Shown: piece by piece, positions 23,830-36,698 of the stretch
Position numbering within the stretch: the stretch's first letter is position 1
Layout of the letters: every line of letters begins with the position of its first letter
NCBI GenBank assembly: GCA_038087875.1
Contig: CM075998.1
Span: forward strand, 4,466,001-4,530,000
Source: Malacoraja senta
Lineage: Eukaryota
Direction of reading: 5' to 3'
Length of the DNA: 64,000 bases
Notes under the pieces: generated by a model
The model's input: only the letters and a program-made list of their open reading frames with translations
Database searches by the model: none
Told to the model about the DNA's origin: nothing
Made by a program: the position numbers and the translations under genes

Positions 23830-24165
23830 TGTGTGGAAAGGAATTGCAGATGCTGGTTTACACCGAAGATAGACACAAAATGCTGGAGTAACTCAGCGGG
23901 TCAGGCAGCATCTCTTGAGAAAAAGAATAGGTCAAGTTCTTCCCTTCTTCAACTTAGAGTCGGGAAAGGGAAACAAGAGATTTTGATGGTGCATATCTTT
24001 CATTCATTTGTCCTCTATCTCTTTACATCACCTATATCTATATCCCTCATTTCCCTCTCCCCTGACCCTCAGTCTGAAGAAGGGTCTCGACCTGAAATGT
24101 CACCCATTCCTTCTCTCCAGAGATGCTGTCTGACCCGCTGAGTTACACCAGCTTTTTTGTGTCTA
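23830..24165. mobile_element. Penelope-derived fold-back element (longer arms)
   Basis: Inverted pLTR-like arms; degenerate hammerhead core at 24074-24101. Confidence 0.75.
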
Positions 24166-24209
24166 AAGTTGTGAGTACTGCTGCTTTGTGTCTTGTTGGA
24201 AGCGCTTAG

Positions 24210-24840
24210 AGGGCCTGTCCCACTTGGCCGTCATTTACGCGACAGGCCGGTAGTGACTGACGTGCGACGGTCACGCGCGTCATCATGCGTCCGCACGCCG
24301 TCTGGAACGCGTGACGTCATTTGAATACCCAGTTTATGATATTTACCCAGTTTATGATATTTATGGTGATTTTCTAAAATGTTCCAGTTTCTTGAGTGGT
24401 GCTGGCAATTGGAAAAACTGCAGATGTAATGCCCCTATTCAAAGGAAGAGGTGAATGAAACGTAGCAAGTTGCAGACCAAATTAATCTGTGGGAAGGAAC
24501 TGCAGATGCTGGTTTAAATTGAAGATAGACACAAAATGCAGGAATAACTCAGCAGGACCGGCAGCATCTCTGGAGAGAAGGAATGGATGATGTTTCAGTC
24601 TGAAGAAGGGTCTCGACAAGAAACATCACCCTGTCCCACTTGGCCGTCATTTACGTGACAGGCCGGTGGCGCGCGAGGTTTTTGTGCGGCACGAAATCCT
24701 GGCGCGCTGCGCGATACCGCACGCAACTCCACACTCCTCCACGCCACTACATGCGCCCGTCCCGCGCTACCCACACGCTGCCCACACGCTACCAGGTCGC
24801 GTAAATGGCGTGCAAATGACGGCCAAGTGGGACAGGCCCT
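24210..24840. mobile_element. Composite Harbinger-type MITE
   Basis: TIR AGGGCCTGTCCCACTTGGCCGTCATTT at both ends, with an internal copy of the left TIR at ~24631. Penelope-derived cargo at 24488-24630. TSD unclear. Confidence 0.8.
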
Positions 24841-25058
24841 CTAGTGTGTGAAGTGCTCACGGCAGGATACCAAGCTTCTGATCTGCCCTTGTAACCATAG
24901 CATTTATATCACTAGAAATGTTTATTTTTTTGATTAGTGCCCCCCCCCACCCCACCCCGGATGTGGACGGTTGGGAACTTAGCCTTGACAATTCATTGAA
25001 TATGGAGGGTAGGTAGTTAGGTGTCTCGTACTTGTTGGAACTGGCCATTATCTGGCAT

Positions 25059-25615
25059 CTGAGGAAGGACATTCCAAATCTGAGGAAGGACATTATAGCC
25101 ATAGAGGGAGTGCAGAGAAGGTTCACCAGACTGATTCCTGGGATGTCAGGACTTTCATATGAAGAAAGACTGGATAGACTTGGCTTATACTCGCTAGAAT
25201 TTAGGAGATTGAGAGGGGATCTTATAGAAACGTACAAAATTCTTATGGGGTTGGACAGGCTAGATGCAGGAAGATTGTTTCCGATGTTGGGGAAGTCCAG
25301 GACAAGGGGTCACAGCTTAAGGATAAGGGGGAAATCCTTTAAGACCGAGATGAGGAAAAACTTTTTCACACAGAGAGTGGTGAATCTCTGGAACACTCTG
25401 CCACCGAGGGTAGTTGAGGCCAGTTCATTGGCTATATTTAAGAGGGAGTTAGATGTGGCCCTTGTGGCTAAGGGGATCAGGGGGTATGGAGAGAAGGCAG
25501 GTACGGGATACTGAGTTGGATGATCAGCCATGATCATATTGAATGGCGGTGCAGGCTCGAAGGGCCGAATGGCCTACTCCTGCACCTATTTTCTATGTAT
25601 CTATGTATGTATCTA
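25059..25615 (+). mobile_element. CR1 3' fragment, young subfamily
   Basis: Open frame to the native stop (..GYGEKAGTGY*). 16-bp duplication TCTGAGGAAGGACATT at the 5' junction. Confidence 0.93.
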
Positions 25616-25882
25616 CGCTGCACAAATGAAACATATGGGCTGACAAGTGGAAGTTTCATTTGAGCCACAGATGTGCCAGGTAAGGGTGTGAAGAAGGGTC
25701 CCGACCCGAAACGTCACCCATTCCTTCTATCCAGAGATACTGCCTGTCCCGCTGAGTTACTCCAGTAATTTGTGTCCATCTTGTGCATTGAGAACGTGAG
25801 TGGATGGGCTGGAGCACAAACACAGGCAGAAAACCTTTTCCAGAGAACATTCCCTTTTCCAAAAATTCTCCTGCTCTTAAGT

Positions 25883-26168
25883 TTTAGTTTGGTTTTGAGA
25901 TACAGCGCGGAAACAGGCCCCGACCAGCGATCCCCACAAATTAACACTATCCTACGCACACTAAGGACAATCTTCACATTGACCAAGCCAATTTGCCTAC
26001 ATACGTGTACGTCGTTGGAGTGTGGGAGGAAACCGGAGATCTCGGAGAAAACCCACGCAGGTCACGGGGAGAACGTACAAACGCCGTACAGACAGCGCCC
26101 GTAGTCGGGATCGAACCCGGGTCTCCGGCGCTGTAAGGCAGCAACTCTACCGCTGCGCCACCGTGCCC
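25883..26168 (-). mobile_element. HE1-type SINE
   Basis: Intact A box (TGGCGCAGCGG) and B box (GGTTCGATCCC) on minus. Confidence 0.9.
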
Positions 26169-26939
26169 CCCCCCTTTAGATACAAGATGGAATAATGCCA
26201 TGGAAGAACCAGGGAACAAGCTGAAATCCATGGACAGAGAAAATCTACAGCACTCAAGGGGACAGAAATATATTTCCCCGCTCGTTTTTGTACCCTGGCA
26301 GCTGAGTGAATTCTTTGAAATTTAAGATACTTTCCATATTTAGATTATACTTTGAGGTGTGGCAAGATCATTTGGCTTAACTAAAAGCTGCAAAAGAGAA
26401 TTATAGAGCAGAACCATGAAAGAGCCCAAGCTTCAAATGACATGTGCTATTTACATTTCATGTAATTAGCATAAAAAGCAGGTTTGTGGAATTGGCCAAA
26501 GCTCATAGGAGTTGTATGCACAGGATATGAATGAGCTCCATCATTTACCACTCAAGTTTAACACCACAGTGCACAAGTTATTGCACTCTGACGTATTTAC
26601 AAAAATAAAATGTGGAGAGATTTTTGCTGGGATAATCCATTCCAAAGCTGAATGCATAACCAATAAACCATAACCAGAAAGAAAGGAATCATATGGAATA
26701 GGAAAATAAAGAAGAAGACCATCAACAATAAATGTCGATCGTTGCGAGAGGATTTGAGTACAAGATTGGAGGTATCTTGTCCGGTTTGTGGAGCACACTG
26801 GCCCAATGAAACGGAAAGCTGATTACCTTAAACAAAAATATATATTTTGTTGTATGGCTGATTTCTGGAATTGGAGGATTATCCTTTGTGGAGACGTTGA
26901 CCAGATTGGGCCTTCACTCTCCAGAGTTCAGAGAATGAA

Positions 26940-27655
26940 ACACAGTGAACGGTAGGGCTCTGGGTAGTGTTGTAGAGCAGAGGGATCTAGGAGTACAGGT
27001 ACATAGTTTCTTGTAGGTGGAGTCGCAGGTAGATAGGGAGGTCAAAAAGGCTTTTGGCACATTGCCTTCATCAGTCACAGTATTGAGTACGGAAGTTGGG
27101 AGGTCATGTTGCAGTTGTATAAGACGTTGGTGAGGCCGCATTTAGAGCATTGTGTTCAGTTCTGGGCACCGAGTTATAGATAAGATGTTGTCAAGTTGAA
27201 AAGGATACAGAGAAGATTTACGAGGATGTTGCCAGGACTCGAGGGTGTGAGCTACAGCGAGAGGTTGCGCAGGCTGGGACTCTATTCCTTGGAGAGCAGG
27301 ATGAGGGGTGATCTGACAGAGATCTATAAAATCACGAGAGGAATAGATCGGGTAGACACACAGAGTCTCTTGCCCAGAGTAGGGGAATCGAGGACCAGAA
27401 GACACAGGTTTAGGGTGAAGGGGGAAAGGTTTAATAGGAATCTGAGGGGTAACTTTTTCACATAAAGGGTGGTGGGTGTCAGAAGAGGTAGTTGAGGCAG
27501 GGATTATTGCAGCATTTAAAAAACAATTAGACAAGTACATGGATATGACAGGTTTAGAGGGATACGAGCCAAACGCAGTGGAGCTGGGACATGTTGGTTG
27601 GTGTGGGCAAGTTGTGCCGAAGGGCCTGTTTCCACGATGTACAACTCTATGACCA
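26940..27655 (+). mobile_element. CR1 (HER1-like) 3' fragment
   Basis: Same subfamily as 4158-5046, with frameshifts. Confidence 0.9.
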
Positions 27656-27831
27656 TAAAACAAGGGCTTTACAGGGTAGATGCAGGGATAATGTCTCTCC
27701 TGGCTGATTGTCTAGAACCACTCAAAATAAGAGGCTGACCATGAAGGCCAGAGACAAGAAGAAATTGCATCATCCAGAGGCTGATACATTTTTGGAATTC
27801 CGCAGCCAAGAGTATTGTGGAGGCTCAGTTA

Positions 27832-28048
27832 AGGGCCTGTCCCACTTTCACGACCTTTTTTACTCGTGGACATTTTTCATCAGGCGAGAAAAACGCCCCG
27901 GACCTACTTGATGCCACGAGTACCGACGACTAGCATCACGACCTACCTACGACCTACCTACGACCTTGTGACGACCATGCTGCGAGTATGAGTCAAGGGC
28001 AAACTCGGCAGAGGTCGTGAATTAAGTCGTGAAAGTGGGGCAGGCCCT
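27832..28048. mobile_element. Harbinger-type MITE
   Basis: TIR AGGGCCTGTCCCACTTTCACGAC. TTA TSD inside a CR1 remnant (gtggaggctcagTTAttgag restored on removal). Confidence 0.88.
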
Positions 28049-28366
28049 TTATTGAGTGCAGTCAAGAGAAAGATTGAACAATTTTTGAATATGAAGAGAA
28101 TCAAGGGATATGGGGTTAGTGCAGGAAAAATCAACAAATCTCATTGAATGGTGGAGCAGGCACAAGGATCAAATGATCTACTGCTGATTCTACTTATTAT
28201 ATGATCCTACATGTTCCTTGAAACTCACATTCTTAAGGATAGCACCAGCCTAAGAGATGGATCTTGGGATAGCAGGATTGCACATTGTTTACAAGGCTAC
28301 CGGCTTCTGAATGTACACTGACCATTCCAGCTGAGCATCATTACCATAAAGACCAAAGTACCAAAG

Positions 28367-28648
28367 AGGGTGGCACGTTGGCGCAGCGGTAGAGTTGCTG
28401 CCTTACTTGACGTCTGTGCGGAGTTTGCACGTTCTCCCCGTGACCTGCGTAGGTTTTCCCCGGGTGCTCCGGTTTCCTCCCGCTCTCCAAAGACGTACAG
28501 GTTTGCAGGTTAATTGGCTTGGTTAAATAGTAAATTGTTCCTGGTGTGTGTAGGATAGTGTTAGTGTGCGGGGATCGCTGGTCGGCGCGGACTCGGTGGG
28601 CCGAATGACCTGTTTCTGCGCTGTATCTCTCAACTAAACTAAACTAAA
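28367..28648 (+). mobile_element. HE1-type SINE with B-box region deleted
   Basis: GGGTGGCACGTTGGCGCAGCGGTAGAG head and (AAACT)n tail. Lacks the gacccgggttcgatccc segment. Confidence 0.88.
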
Positions 28649-29609
28649 CGCTCACAGGAGAGCAGTGGGAAAGTCTCCACGAACCTGAGGACTTTGCAGA
28701 ACACACTAAACCAATGCAGGGAGTTTGTAGTCATTCCCTACGGACTCCAGAACCTCACTCACCAAGGCAATAACCCATGCCTGAAACAGCCTGCCCGGAG
28801 ATGAACTGCCAGAGGTGCAGGAAGATATGGAAGAATCTGATTGGGATGTTGCAGGTCCCAATTGTGTCTCCCCTCATGTGCTGGTGTGGATATGAGATGC
28901 GGGCAGTGCAGCCTACATCCCTTCATATTTGAAAGCGTCTCGGAATAAGCAATATGGACTTAAAAGCTTTCCCGTCACTATCTGCATCAGTGAAGAGTCG
29001 GAAAGTATTGAGCAATGTCAACACTTTGGATGATAAATATAGTCTTGAAAATCAATACATGAATTCAGAAAATAATGTGACCTTTGTATCGAAATCCATA
29101 TTCTGTAATCTGGGAGTACATCAGCACAGTACGTCATCAATTATAATGATGACACTTGACTCACCATGGACACCATTAGCCACCATCCTGCGCACTCGTA
29201 CATAGATTTGAAGCTTTGGACATTTTGTGATAAAGTTCCACAGATCTATATGATTTGTGTCAAGATCACAAGATGATGTGTACTATTTCTATTTATATAG
29301 TTTAAAGTTACGATGGTAGACACAAAATGCGGGGCAGGCAGCATCTCTGGAGAGAAGGAATGGGTGACGTTTCGGGTCGAGACCATTCTTCTTTACTGGC
29401 TTTACCTTGCACTAAACGTTATTACCTTATCCTGTATCTGTACACTGTAAATGGCTCGATTGTAATCATGTATTGTCTTTCCGCTGGCTGGTTTGCACGC
29501 AGCAAAAAGCATTTCACTGTACACGTCACAGTAAACTCAACTGAAACTGAGCTCATAGATGGCACCTCTCTGTCTATGCAAAACTGCAATCTGCTCACAG
29601 TTGACATTG

Positions 29610-29917
29610 TTTAGTTTGGTTCAGTTTAGTTTAGAGATACAGTGCGGAAACAGGCCCTTCGTCCCACCGACCAGCAATCTCCACACACTGACACTAGTCC
29701 TGCACACACTGGGGACAATTTATACCAAGCCAATTAACGTACAAACCTGTACGTCTTTGGAGTGTGGGAGGTAACCGGAGCACCCGGAGAAAACCCACGC
29801 AGGTCACGGGGAGAACGTACAAACTCCGTACAGACAGCACCCGTAGTCAGGATCGAACCTGGGACCAGAGTCTCTGGCGCTGTGAGGCAGCAACTCTACC
29901 GCTGCGCCACCGTGCCG
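29610..29917 (-). mobile_element. HE1-type SINE
   Basis: Matches the family consensus seen in the window. Confidence 0.88.
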
Positions 29918-30472
29918 TCCTAGCTATGGTGTTAAGTGATTGGTGCCACCCCCTTACAAAGGAGTGCAATTCAATTCCAGAGTGGAAATAATGTGAGTGC
30001 AATTCAATGGACTCCCTTCTCTTTGAGATCACGTGTATTCATTCAGGCAAGCTTGTCGATGTGCCAGCCATCTCAGTTTGTTTCCACACCAACCTTCTCA
30101 TGAAAGTTTCCAGGTTATACTCCTCTTCTGAAGTCTCTGGGACTGTACTTTAATGAACCCCCGACACCAGATTGCCCACATCCTCTGCTTGACTGCATAT
30201 CCTGTATGTATGCAAAAAAAGAGTTAGGTCACATTGTATTCAGTTCCAAGCATCACCCTTTAAGAAGATGTGAAGTCTTTGGAGAGCATGCAGAGATTTA
30301 TCAAAATGTTTGCATGGATGAGGGACCTAAGTATGTGTGTAAACTGGGGAGGTGAGGTTGTTCTCCTTCGGAACAGAGGTGGTTGTGGGGAGGCAGCTAA
30401 AAAAAATCATTTAAAGTTATAGAGAGAATGTTGAACAGTGTCAGTGGTTATGGGGAGAAGGCCGGAAAATGG

Positions 30473-30890
30473 CCCATCAAGTCTACTCCGCCATTCAATC
30501 ATGACTGATCTATCTTTCCCTCTCAACCCCATTCTCCTGCCTTCTCCCCATAACCCCTGACACCCGTACTTATCAAGAATCTATCAATCTCCGCCTTAAA
30601 AATTTCCACTGACGTGGCCTCCACCGCCGTCTGTGGCAATGAATTCCACAGATTCACCACCCTCTGGCTAAAGAAATTCCTCCTCATCTCCTTTCTAAAG
30701 GTACATCCTTTTATTCTGAGGGCATGACCTCTGGTCCTAGACTCTCCCACTAGTGGAAACATCCACTCCACATCCACTCTCTCCAGGCCTTTCGCGATTC
30801 GGTAAGTTTCAATGAGGTGTCCCCTCATCCTTCTAAACTCCAGCGAGTACAGGCAAACGCTCAGCACATATTAACCCAATCATTCCTGGG
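30473..30890 (-). mobile_element. CR1 3' fragment
   Basis: ORF 30523-30867 (LYSLEFRRMRGHLIETY..WNSLPQTAVEA). Confidence 0.9.
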
Positions 30891-31062
30891 TGGAATCTTG
30901 AAATAGTGGAATGCCATGGAAGCGTATGGTGGGATAGAGTTTAAAAGGAATTGATCTATCGGAGGGAAGAGAACAGCAGTGTTTCCTGTTTCCTGTTTCC
31001 CTGTTCTCATTTTCAATTAACCCCTTCCTCATCCCTGGTTTCAGCATCCATTCCTCCTCCAT

Positions 31063-31900
31063 TAGTTCAGTTTCAGTTTAGTTTATTGTCACGGGTACCG
31101 AGGTACAGTGAAAAGCTTTTGTTGCATGCTATCCAGTCAACGGAAAGACAACACATGATTACAACCGAGCCATTCACAGTGTACAGATACATGATAAGGG
31201 AATAACGTTTAGTGCAAGGTAAAGCCAGCAAAGTCTGATCATGGATAGTCCGAGGGTCAACAATGAGGTAGATAGTAGTTCAGCACTGCTCTCTGGTTGT
31301 AGTAGGATGATTTGTTTGCCTGATAACAGCTGGGAAGAAACTGTCCCTAAATCCATGGGCGGAAATCCTGGGATGAGACGGGGTGAGGGGGGCACATCCC
31401 CCCCCCCCATGCTTTGAGAGGTGGGGGACAACCCCCCCCCCCCCCCCCCCCCCATGTTTTGTAATCTGGACTTTATCAGCCGCTTTCTAAGGGCTGAATC
31501 GGCCGGTTCGCGGGGCCTTTCAGTGCCCGGCGCGGCTTAAAATCAAACTGCTGCATTGAGGCGATCGAGGCTCCCGATGTTGAAGCCCCCGCCGGCCGAT
31601 GAAAGACCCCGCGAATGGGCCGATTCAAGCCCCACGATTCGGGGCGGACGAAGCTGCTGTTGCTGGAGTTCGGAGTCGGTCACCAACCAGGTCAGCTTCC
31701 GATGTTACCGTCCAAAGGGCCCACAGCCAAAGCCTAGCGTGTGTGCGCATGCGCGTGCGTGTGTGTGTGTGTGCGCATGCGTGCGCGGGTCCGCCAAGAA
31801 ATTGCGTCCCCCCCATGTTTTGACAGCGATTTCCGTGCCTGCCTGTATCTGGAGGTGTGCGTTTTCACACCACTACGTCTTTTGACTGATGGGAGAGGGG
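31063..31900 (-). mobile_element. Rex1/Babar LINE 3' end, interrupted by a hAT-like MITE
   Basis: Minus strand reads PLPSVKRRSGVKTHTSR..DSFFPAVIRQ, then a 3'UTR with AATAAA and (AACTGA)n tail. A plus-strand 3'UTR copy lies at ~29392-29550. Confidence 0.75.
31354..31841. mobile_element. hAT-like non-autonomous DNA transposon
   Basis: TIRs CATGGGCGGAAATC / GATTTCCGTGCCTG. 8-bp TSD CCTAAATC (31346-31353) / CCTGTATC (31842-31849). Confidence 0.75.
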
Positions 31901-31930
31901 AATGCTAAAAGGAAATTGAGAGGGGAAATT

Positions 31931-32650
31931 GTCATGGTACACCAGTCATTGAAAGTAGGCATGCAGGTGCAGCAGGCAGTGAAGAAAGCGAATGGTATGT
32001 TGGCCTTCATAGCAAGAGGATTTGAGTATAGGAGCAGTGAGGTTCTAATGCAGTTGTACAGGGTCTTGGTGAGACCACACCTGGAGTATTGCGTACAGTT
32101 TTGGTCTCCAAATCTGAGGAAGGACATTATAGCCATAGAGGGAGTGCAGAGAAGGTTCACCAGACTGATTCCTGGGATGTCAGGACTTTCATATGAAGAA
32201 AGACTGGATAGACTTGGCTTATACTCGCTAGAATTTAGGAGATTGAGAGGGGATCTTATAGAAACGTACAAAATTCTTATGGGGTTGGACAGGCTAGATG
32301 CAGGAAGATTGTTCCCGATGTTGGGGAAGTCCAGGACAAGGGGTCACAGCTTAAGGATAAGGGGGAAATCCTTTAAGACCGAGATGAGGAAAAACTTTTT
32401 CACACAGAGAGTGGTGAATCTCTGGAATTCTCTGCCACAGAGGGTAGTTGAGGCCAGTTCATTGGCTATATTTAAGAGGGAGTTAGATGTGGCCCTTGTG
32501 GCTAAAGGGATCAGGGGGTATGGAGAGAAGGCAGGTACGGGATACTGAGTTGGATGATCAGCCATGATCATATTGAATGGCGGTGCAGGCTCGAAGGGCC
32601 GAATGGCCTACTCCTGCACCTATTTTCTATGTATCTATCTATGTATCTAT
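31931..32650 (+). mobile_element. CR1 3' fragment, young subfamily (open frame)
   Basis: About 205 uninterrupted codons, VMVHQSLKV..AVKKANGMLAFI..RPHLEYCVQFWSP..GY*, followed by the 3'UTR and tail. Confidence 0.95.
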
Positions 32651-33289
32651 GAAAGGTAAAGATGTGTTTAGTGGTGGAATTTTGTTAGTGCGGGAGTGAG
32701 GCAGGGTGACAGAGGAAAGTGAGAGCCGTTGTTATTGAAGCAGTCACAATGGATGAGGGTGGGGAGAGGCTAGAGATACAACATAGAACTGTATGAATAT
32801 TGGGCAGCGGAGTATAAACAAGATTCTACCGGTAAACACATCTTTCCTTTCCCTTTCCTGTTAGCATTCCAAAGGAATCATTCCTTTCAGGGATGGGTTG
32901 TGTTCTCCATTTGAGTTGGTAACAAAGGGACACCAATTTGAAGTTGTCATTCAGAATGAGAATAAAGGTTAGTAAAAATTCCTTTGCTGGGAGTGTTATT
33001 GTTGATGAAGTCCTCTGTTGCAGGGAGCGGTTTAGAAGTAAACCATTTCATCTTTCAAGTGGACGTTAGATACATATTTGAAGCAGAGAGTAGACATGAC
33101 AATGAGGGAACTCCGGCAACGAGCTGGCTTAGTTAGAATCATAGCATGAAACATAGACATATTATCATAGAATATGGTAAACGTCATGGCTCTCTGGATC
33201 TTAGCTAGTTGAATGAACTGTTGGTGGTGCCGAAAATAACTAATAACACAGCAAAACACTGATAATCCATAATCCGATGATTCGAAAGC

Positions 33290-33733
33290 CCCTCCCATTC
33301 CCACACTGACCTTTCTGTCCTGGGCCTCCTCCATTGTCAGAGTGCAAATTGGAGGAACAACACCTCATATTTCACTTGAGCAGCTTACACCCCAGCAGTA
33401 TGAATATTGATTTCTCAAACTTCAAGTAACCCTTGCTTTCCCTATCTTTCCGTTCCTCCCCCACCCTAGTTCGACTAGTTTCACTGTCCTGATTAATTTT
33501 ACTGATTGTATGCCTCCCAGTCACCTTGCCCTCAGCCGATAATGAACCAATGTACATTTCCTTGCTCATCATCTACTTTGATCTGACCTTTTCAAACCTT
33601 ACCCTTCCATATCCCTGGACTCCCTCTCCCCTGACTCTCAGTCTGAAGAAGGGTCTCGACCCGAAAGATCACCTATTCCTACTCTCCAGAGATACTGCCT
33701 GACCCGCTGAGTTACTCCAGCATTTTGTGTCTA
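33290..33733 (+). mobile_element. Penelope-like element 3' end (GIY-YIG remnant + pLTR)
   Basis: SHSHTDLSVLGLLHCQS..KLEEQHLIFHLSSLHPSSMNIDFSNFK*, followed by a pLTR with a degenerate hammerhead at 33643-33670. Confidence 0.85.
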
Positions 33734-34109
33734 ACTTTAAATTGATACTCTAGTTAACAACTTGAATCCTGTACTCATTGAAGTGCCTGGTGGTTTGGTA
33801 TTCGGATTACTCCTGTGCTGCCTTTCACACACCAGGGCCCTGGTTAACACGCTCCCTTGAGACTCACCCAGTTCTGATCCCCATGCTTCATTGAACTTGC
33901 CCGAGCCTGGTTTCCTCTGCTCCCTTTGAACATTGCAGATACACTGGAAAATTACCTTGTTGTGTAATATCGAGGAATGACATCCAATAGTTCAGAAAAT
34001 GTGTTGGTCCAACACAATTAGAGTCCTGGGCTTGCTGGATTTTACTGTATTGAAATGAAAGAACATGCAGGGAGATATTTTATCTTTGCTTGTCAGTACC
34101 GAGCAATTA

Positions 34110-34470
34110 GAGTCATAGAGTGATACAGCGTGGAAACAGGCCCTTCAGCCTAACTTGCCCACACTGGCCAACGTGTCCCAGCTACACTCGTCCCACCTGC
34201 CCGCGTTTGGCCCATATCCCTCTAAACCTGTCCTATCCATGTACCTGTCTAACTGTTTCTTAAACATTGTGATAGTCCCAGCCTCAACTACCTCCTCTGG
34301 CAGCCCGTTCCATACACCCACTACCCTCTGTGTGAAAAAGTTACCCCTCAGTTTCCTATTAAATCTTTCCCCCCTTACCTTAAATGTATGTCCTCTGGTT
34401 CTCAATCCCCCTACTCTGGGCAAGAGACTCTGTGCATCTACCCGATCTATTCCTCTCATGATTTTGTACA
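34110..34470 (-). mobile_element. CR1 (HER1-like) 3' fragment
   Basis: ORF 34145-34471 (YKIMRGIDRVD..WNGLPEEVVEA). Confidence 0.9.
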
Positions 34471-36324
34471 TTGGGTGGGTATTGGGTATTATCCATCCGT
34501 TTTACTCAGTTCTGCGCGTTCAGTTCTATTAGTAACTGAAGTGAGTGCAAATGAATGTTGACGTATTTTAGCATCAGTGATGAATCTCTTCCACATGGAG
34601 ACCATTTTAATTCCATTCCTGCTGTCATTAGGTGTTCCTCTGCAGGTTGCACACAGAGTGAGGACTGAGCGCAGTCCTCAGGGGAAGGGAATTGAAGGGC
34701 GGTGTATAATTGAAGCAAGCATGCAGAGAACATTGAATTACCATTCAACTGATGCTGGGGTCATTTTCAGAGGGAAAAGATTCCTTCAAAATAACGATAC
34801 AAGATATTGTAATACATGGTGAGATTTTGTTCGGTGAGATATCTCTACCTTTCAGGAAAGAAGTGGCCCATCCCTGGTTACTGTATTAAGCAATCACTGG
34901 AAAATAGTTGCAATCAGGATTGTAATGTGAGCTGTGGGTGACAGCAATCATCTGTGTCGGACATTCTTCTCATGTTGGGCTTGGATCCGATCTTTGGCTC
35001 TCTCATTAAAAAGCTGTCTGGCAGCATTCAGTGTCATGTTCATTCTAATTACCTAGCATTCCTCGATGTCTATTATACACCCAGATCTTTAACTCTTTGC
35101 ATCTATGAGCTGAAATGTTATTGCACATCATATACCTGTCCACATAGAACTGTGTTCTGATACGCTTTTGTATCAGACTACTTACCACTGCTGCTCAGAG
35201 ATATTGGCCCAAAAGTGTCTGGAAAAAATGTATAGTGGAAATAGAGAACGTTCAGCCAAGCCAGTTTGACGTACCACAACTCAGTGGCCTGACCCATTGA
35301 GTTACTCTCCAGTGATGCTGCCTGACCTGCTGAGTTACTCTCCAGAGATGGCAGGAGAATGGGGTTAGGATGGAGAGATAGATCAGCCATGATTGAATGG
35401 CGGAGTAGACTTGATGGGCCGAATGGCCTAATTCTGCTCCTATCACTTATGATCTTATGATGTTGCCTGACCCGCTGAGTTGCTCCATCACCTTGTGTCT
35501 ATCTTCGGTATAAACCAGCATCTGCAGTTCCTTTCTACACATGGTACATCTGAACTTTGGGTTCACACGCGATTAGCTCTGCTGATCACACTGTTTGTTG
35601 CATTAGCGTGTATCCATAGGCTGTATTTTCAGGTTGCAAGCACTAGCTGATCCTGTTTGAAGTCATAACTGAACATCTGAAATGGTTGGTGGATGTTGTC
35701 CCACAGTTGTAGCACGCCGTGACAGAACAGTGTTGGAAGTTGCTGCCCGAGCTGTTGACACTACACGTGATGTGTTCGTCAAAGTCAAGAGAGATCCTCT
35801 CTGCTCAGGAGCACTGAGAGGTAGGCATTGTAATCAGAAGTATGAAACAGAGGTAGTCAATATCAAGACTTCAGAGGGAGGTCACAGAGGCAGTGGTGGA
35901 AGAGGTTTGATCAGCTAACGTGCGGGCGAGGTCAGTAAACGCATCCGCAAACCCGTCTCTCAACAACTCGGCCACTCACCTCACATGTCGTTCTGTACGA
36001 TACATGACCAAAGAGCAATTTCTAGCAACCACATGTCTACGCTATCATTGGAATGCGCCACCAGACCCTCACACACTGACAAGTACCCTCAACTCCATAG
36101 CTCACAGTTGTTCAAGCATCATTCTCACACGTAGCAAGACAGTGACATACTTCATTCCCCTCTCACACAGAGCCCACCGGCAAAACTGTTCAACAAGAGA
36201 CAGTAGCATGGTGGTATTCAGCTGGGAAGGAATGACCCAGGGACAACTCAAGGTTAACTCCAGACCTCACGGAGTCTCATGGCAACTGGTTTGCTGCAGT
36301 CTCTCTTGTAATTCATGGATTTAC

Positions 36325-36698
36325 TGAATAGTGAAAAGCCTGGATAGAGTGGATGTGGAGAGGATGTTTCCACTAGTGGGAGAGACCAGGACTAGAAGGC
36401 ACAGCCTCAGAATTAAAGGACGTTCCTTTAGGAAGGAGATGAGGAGGAATTTCTTTAGTCAGAGGGTGATAAATCTCTGGAATTCTGTGCCATAGAAGGC
36501 GGTGGAGGCCAAGTCAGTGGATATTTTTAAGGTAGAGATAGATAGATTCTTGATTGGTACGGGTGTCAGGGGTTATGGGGAGAAGGCAGGAGAATGGGGT
36601 TAGGAAGGGGGGAGATAGATCAGCCATGATTGAATGGCGGAGTAGACTTGATGGGCCAAATGGCCTAATTCTGCTCTTGTCACTTATGACCTTATGAT
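36325..36698 (+). mobile_element. CR1 3' fragment
   Basis: IVKSLDRVDVERMFPLVGE..WNS with 3'UTR tail. Confidence 0.88.

Noticed and set aside
29165..29245. 81-nt minus-strand cassette exon (AG..GTGAGT)
   Set aside because: The donor is good but the polypyrimidine tract is weak, two frames are open and no peptide is recognisable. Unsupported without RNA data.
31889..32548. 219-aa ORF as a host gene
   Set aside because: It is the CR1 ORF2 C-terminus of a 5'-truncated copy; its ATG comes from flanking Rex1 sequence.
35682..36327. Two adjacent plus-strand ORFs (78 and 135 aa)
   Set aside because: No recognisable motifs or consistent splice signals; length is compatible with chance.
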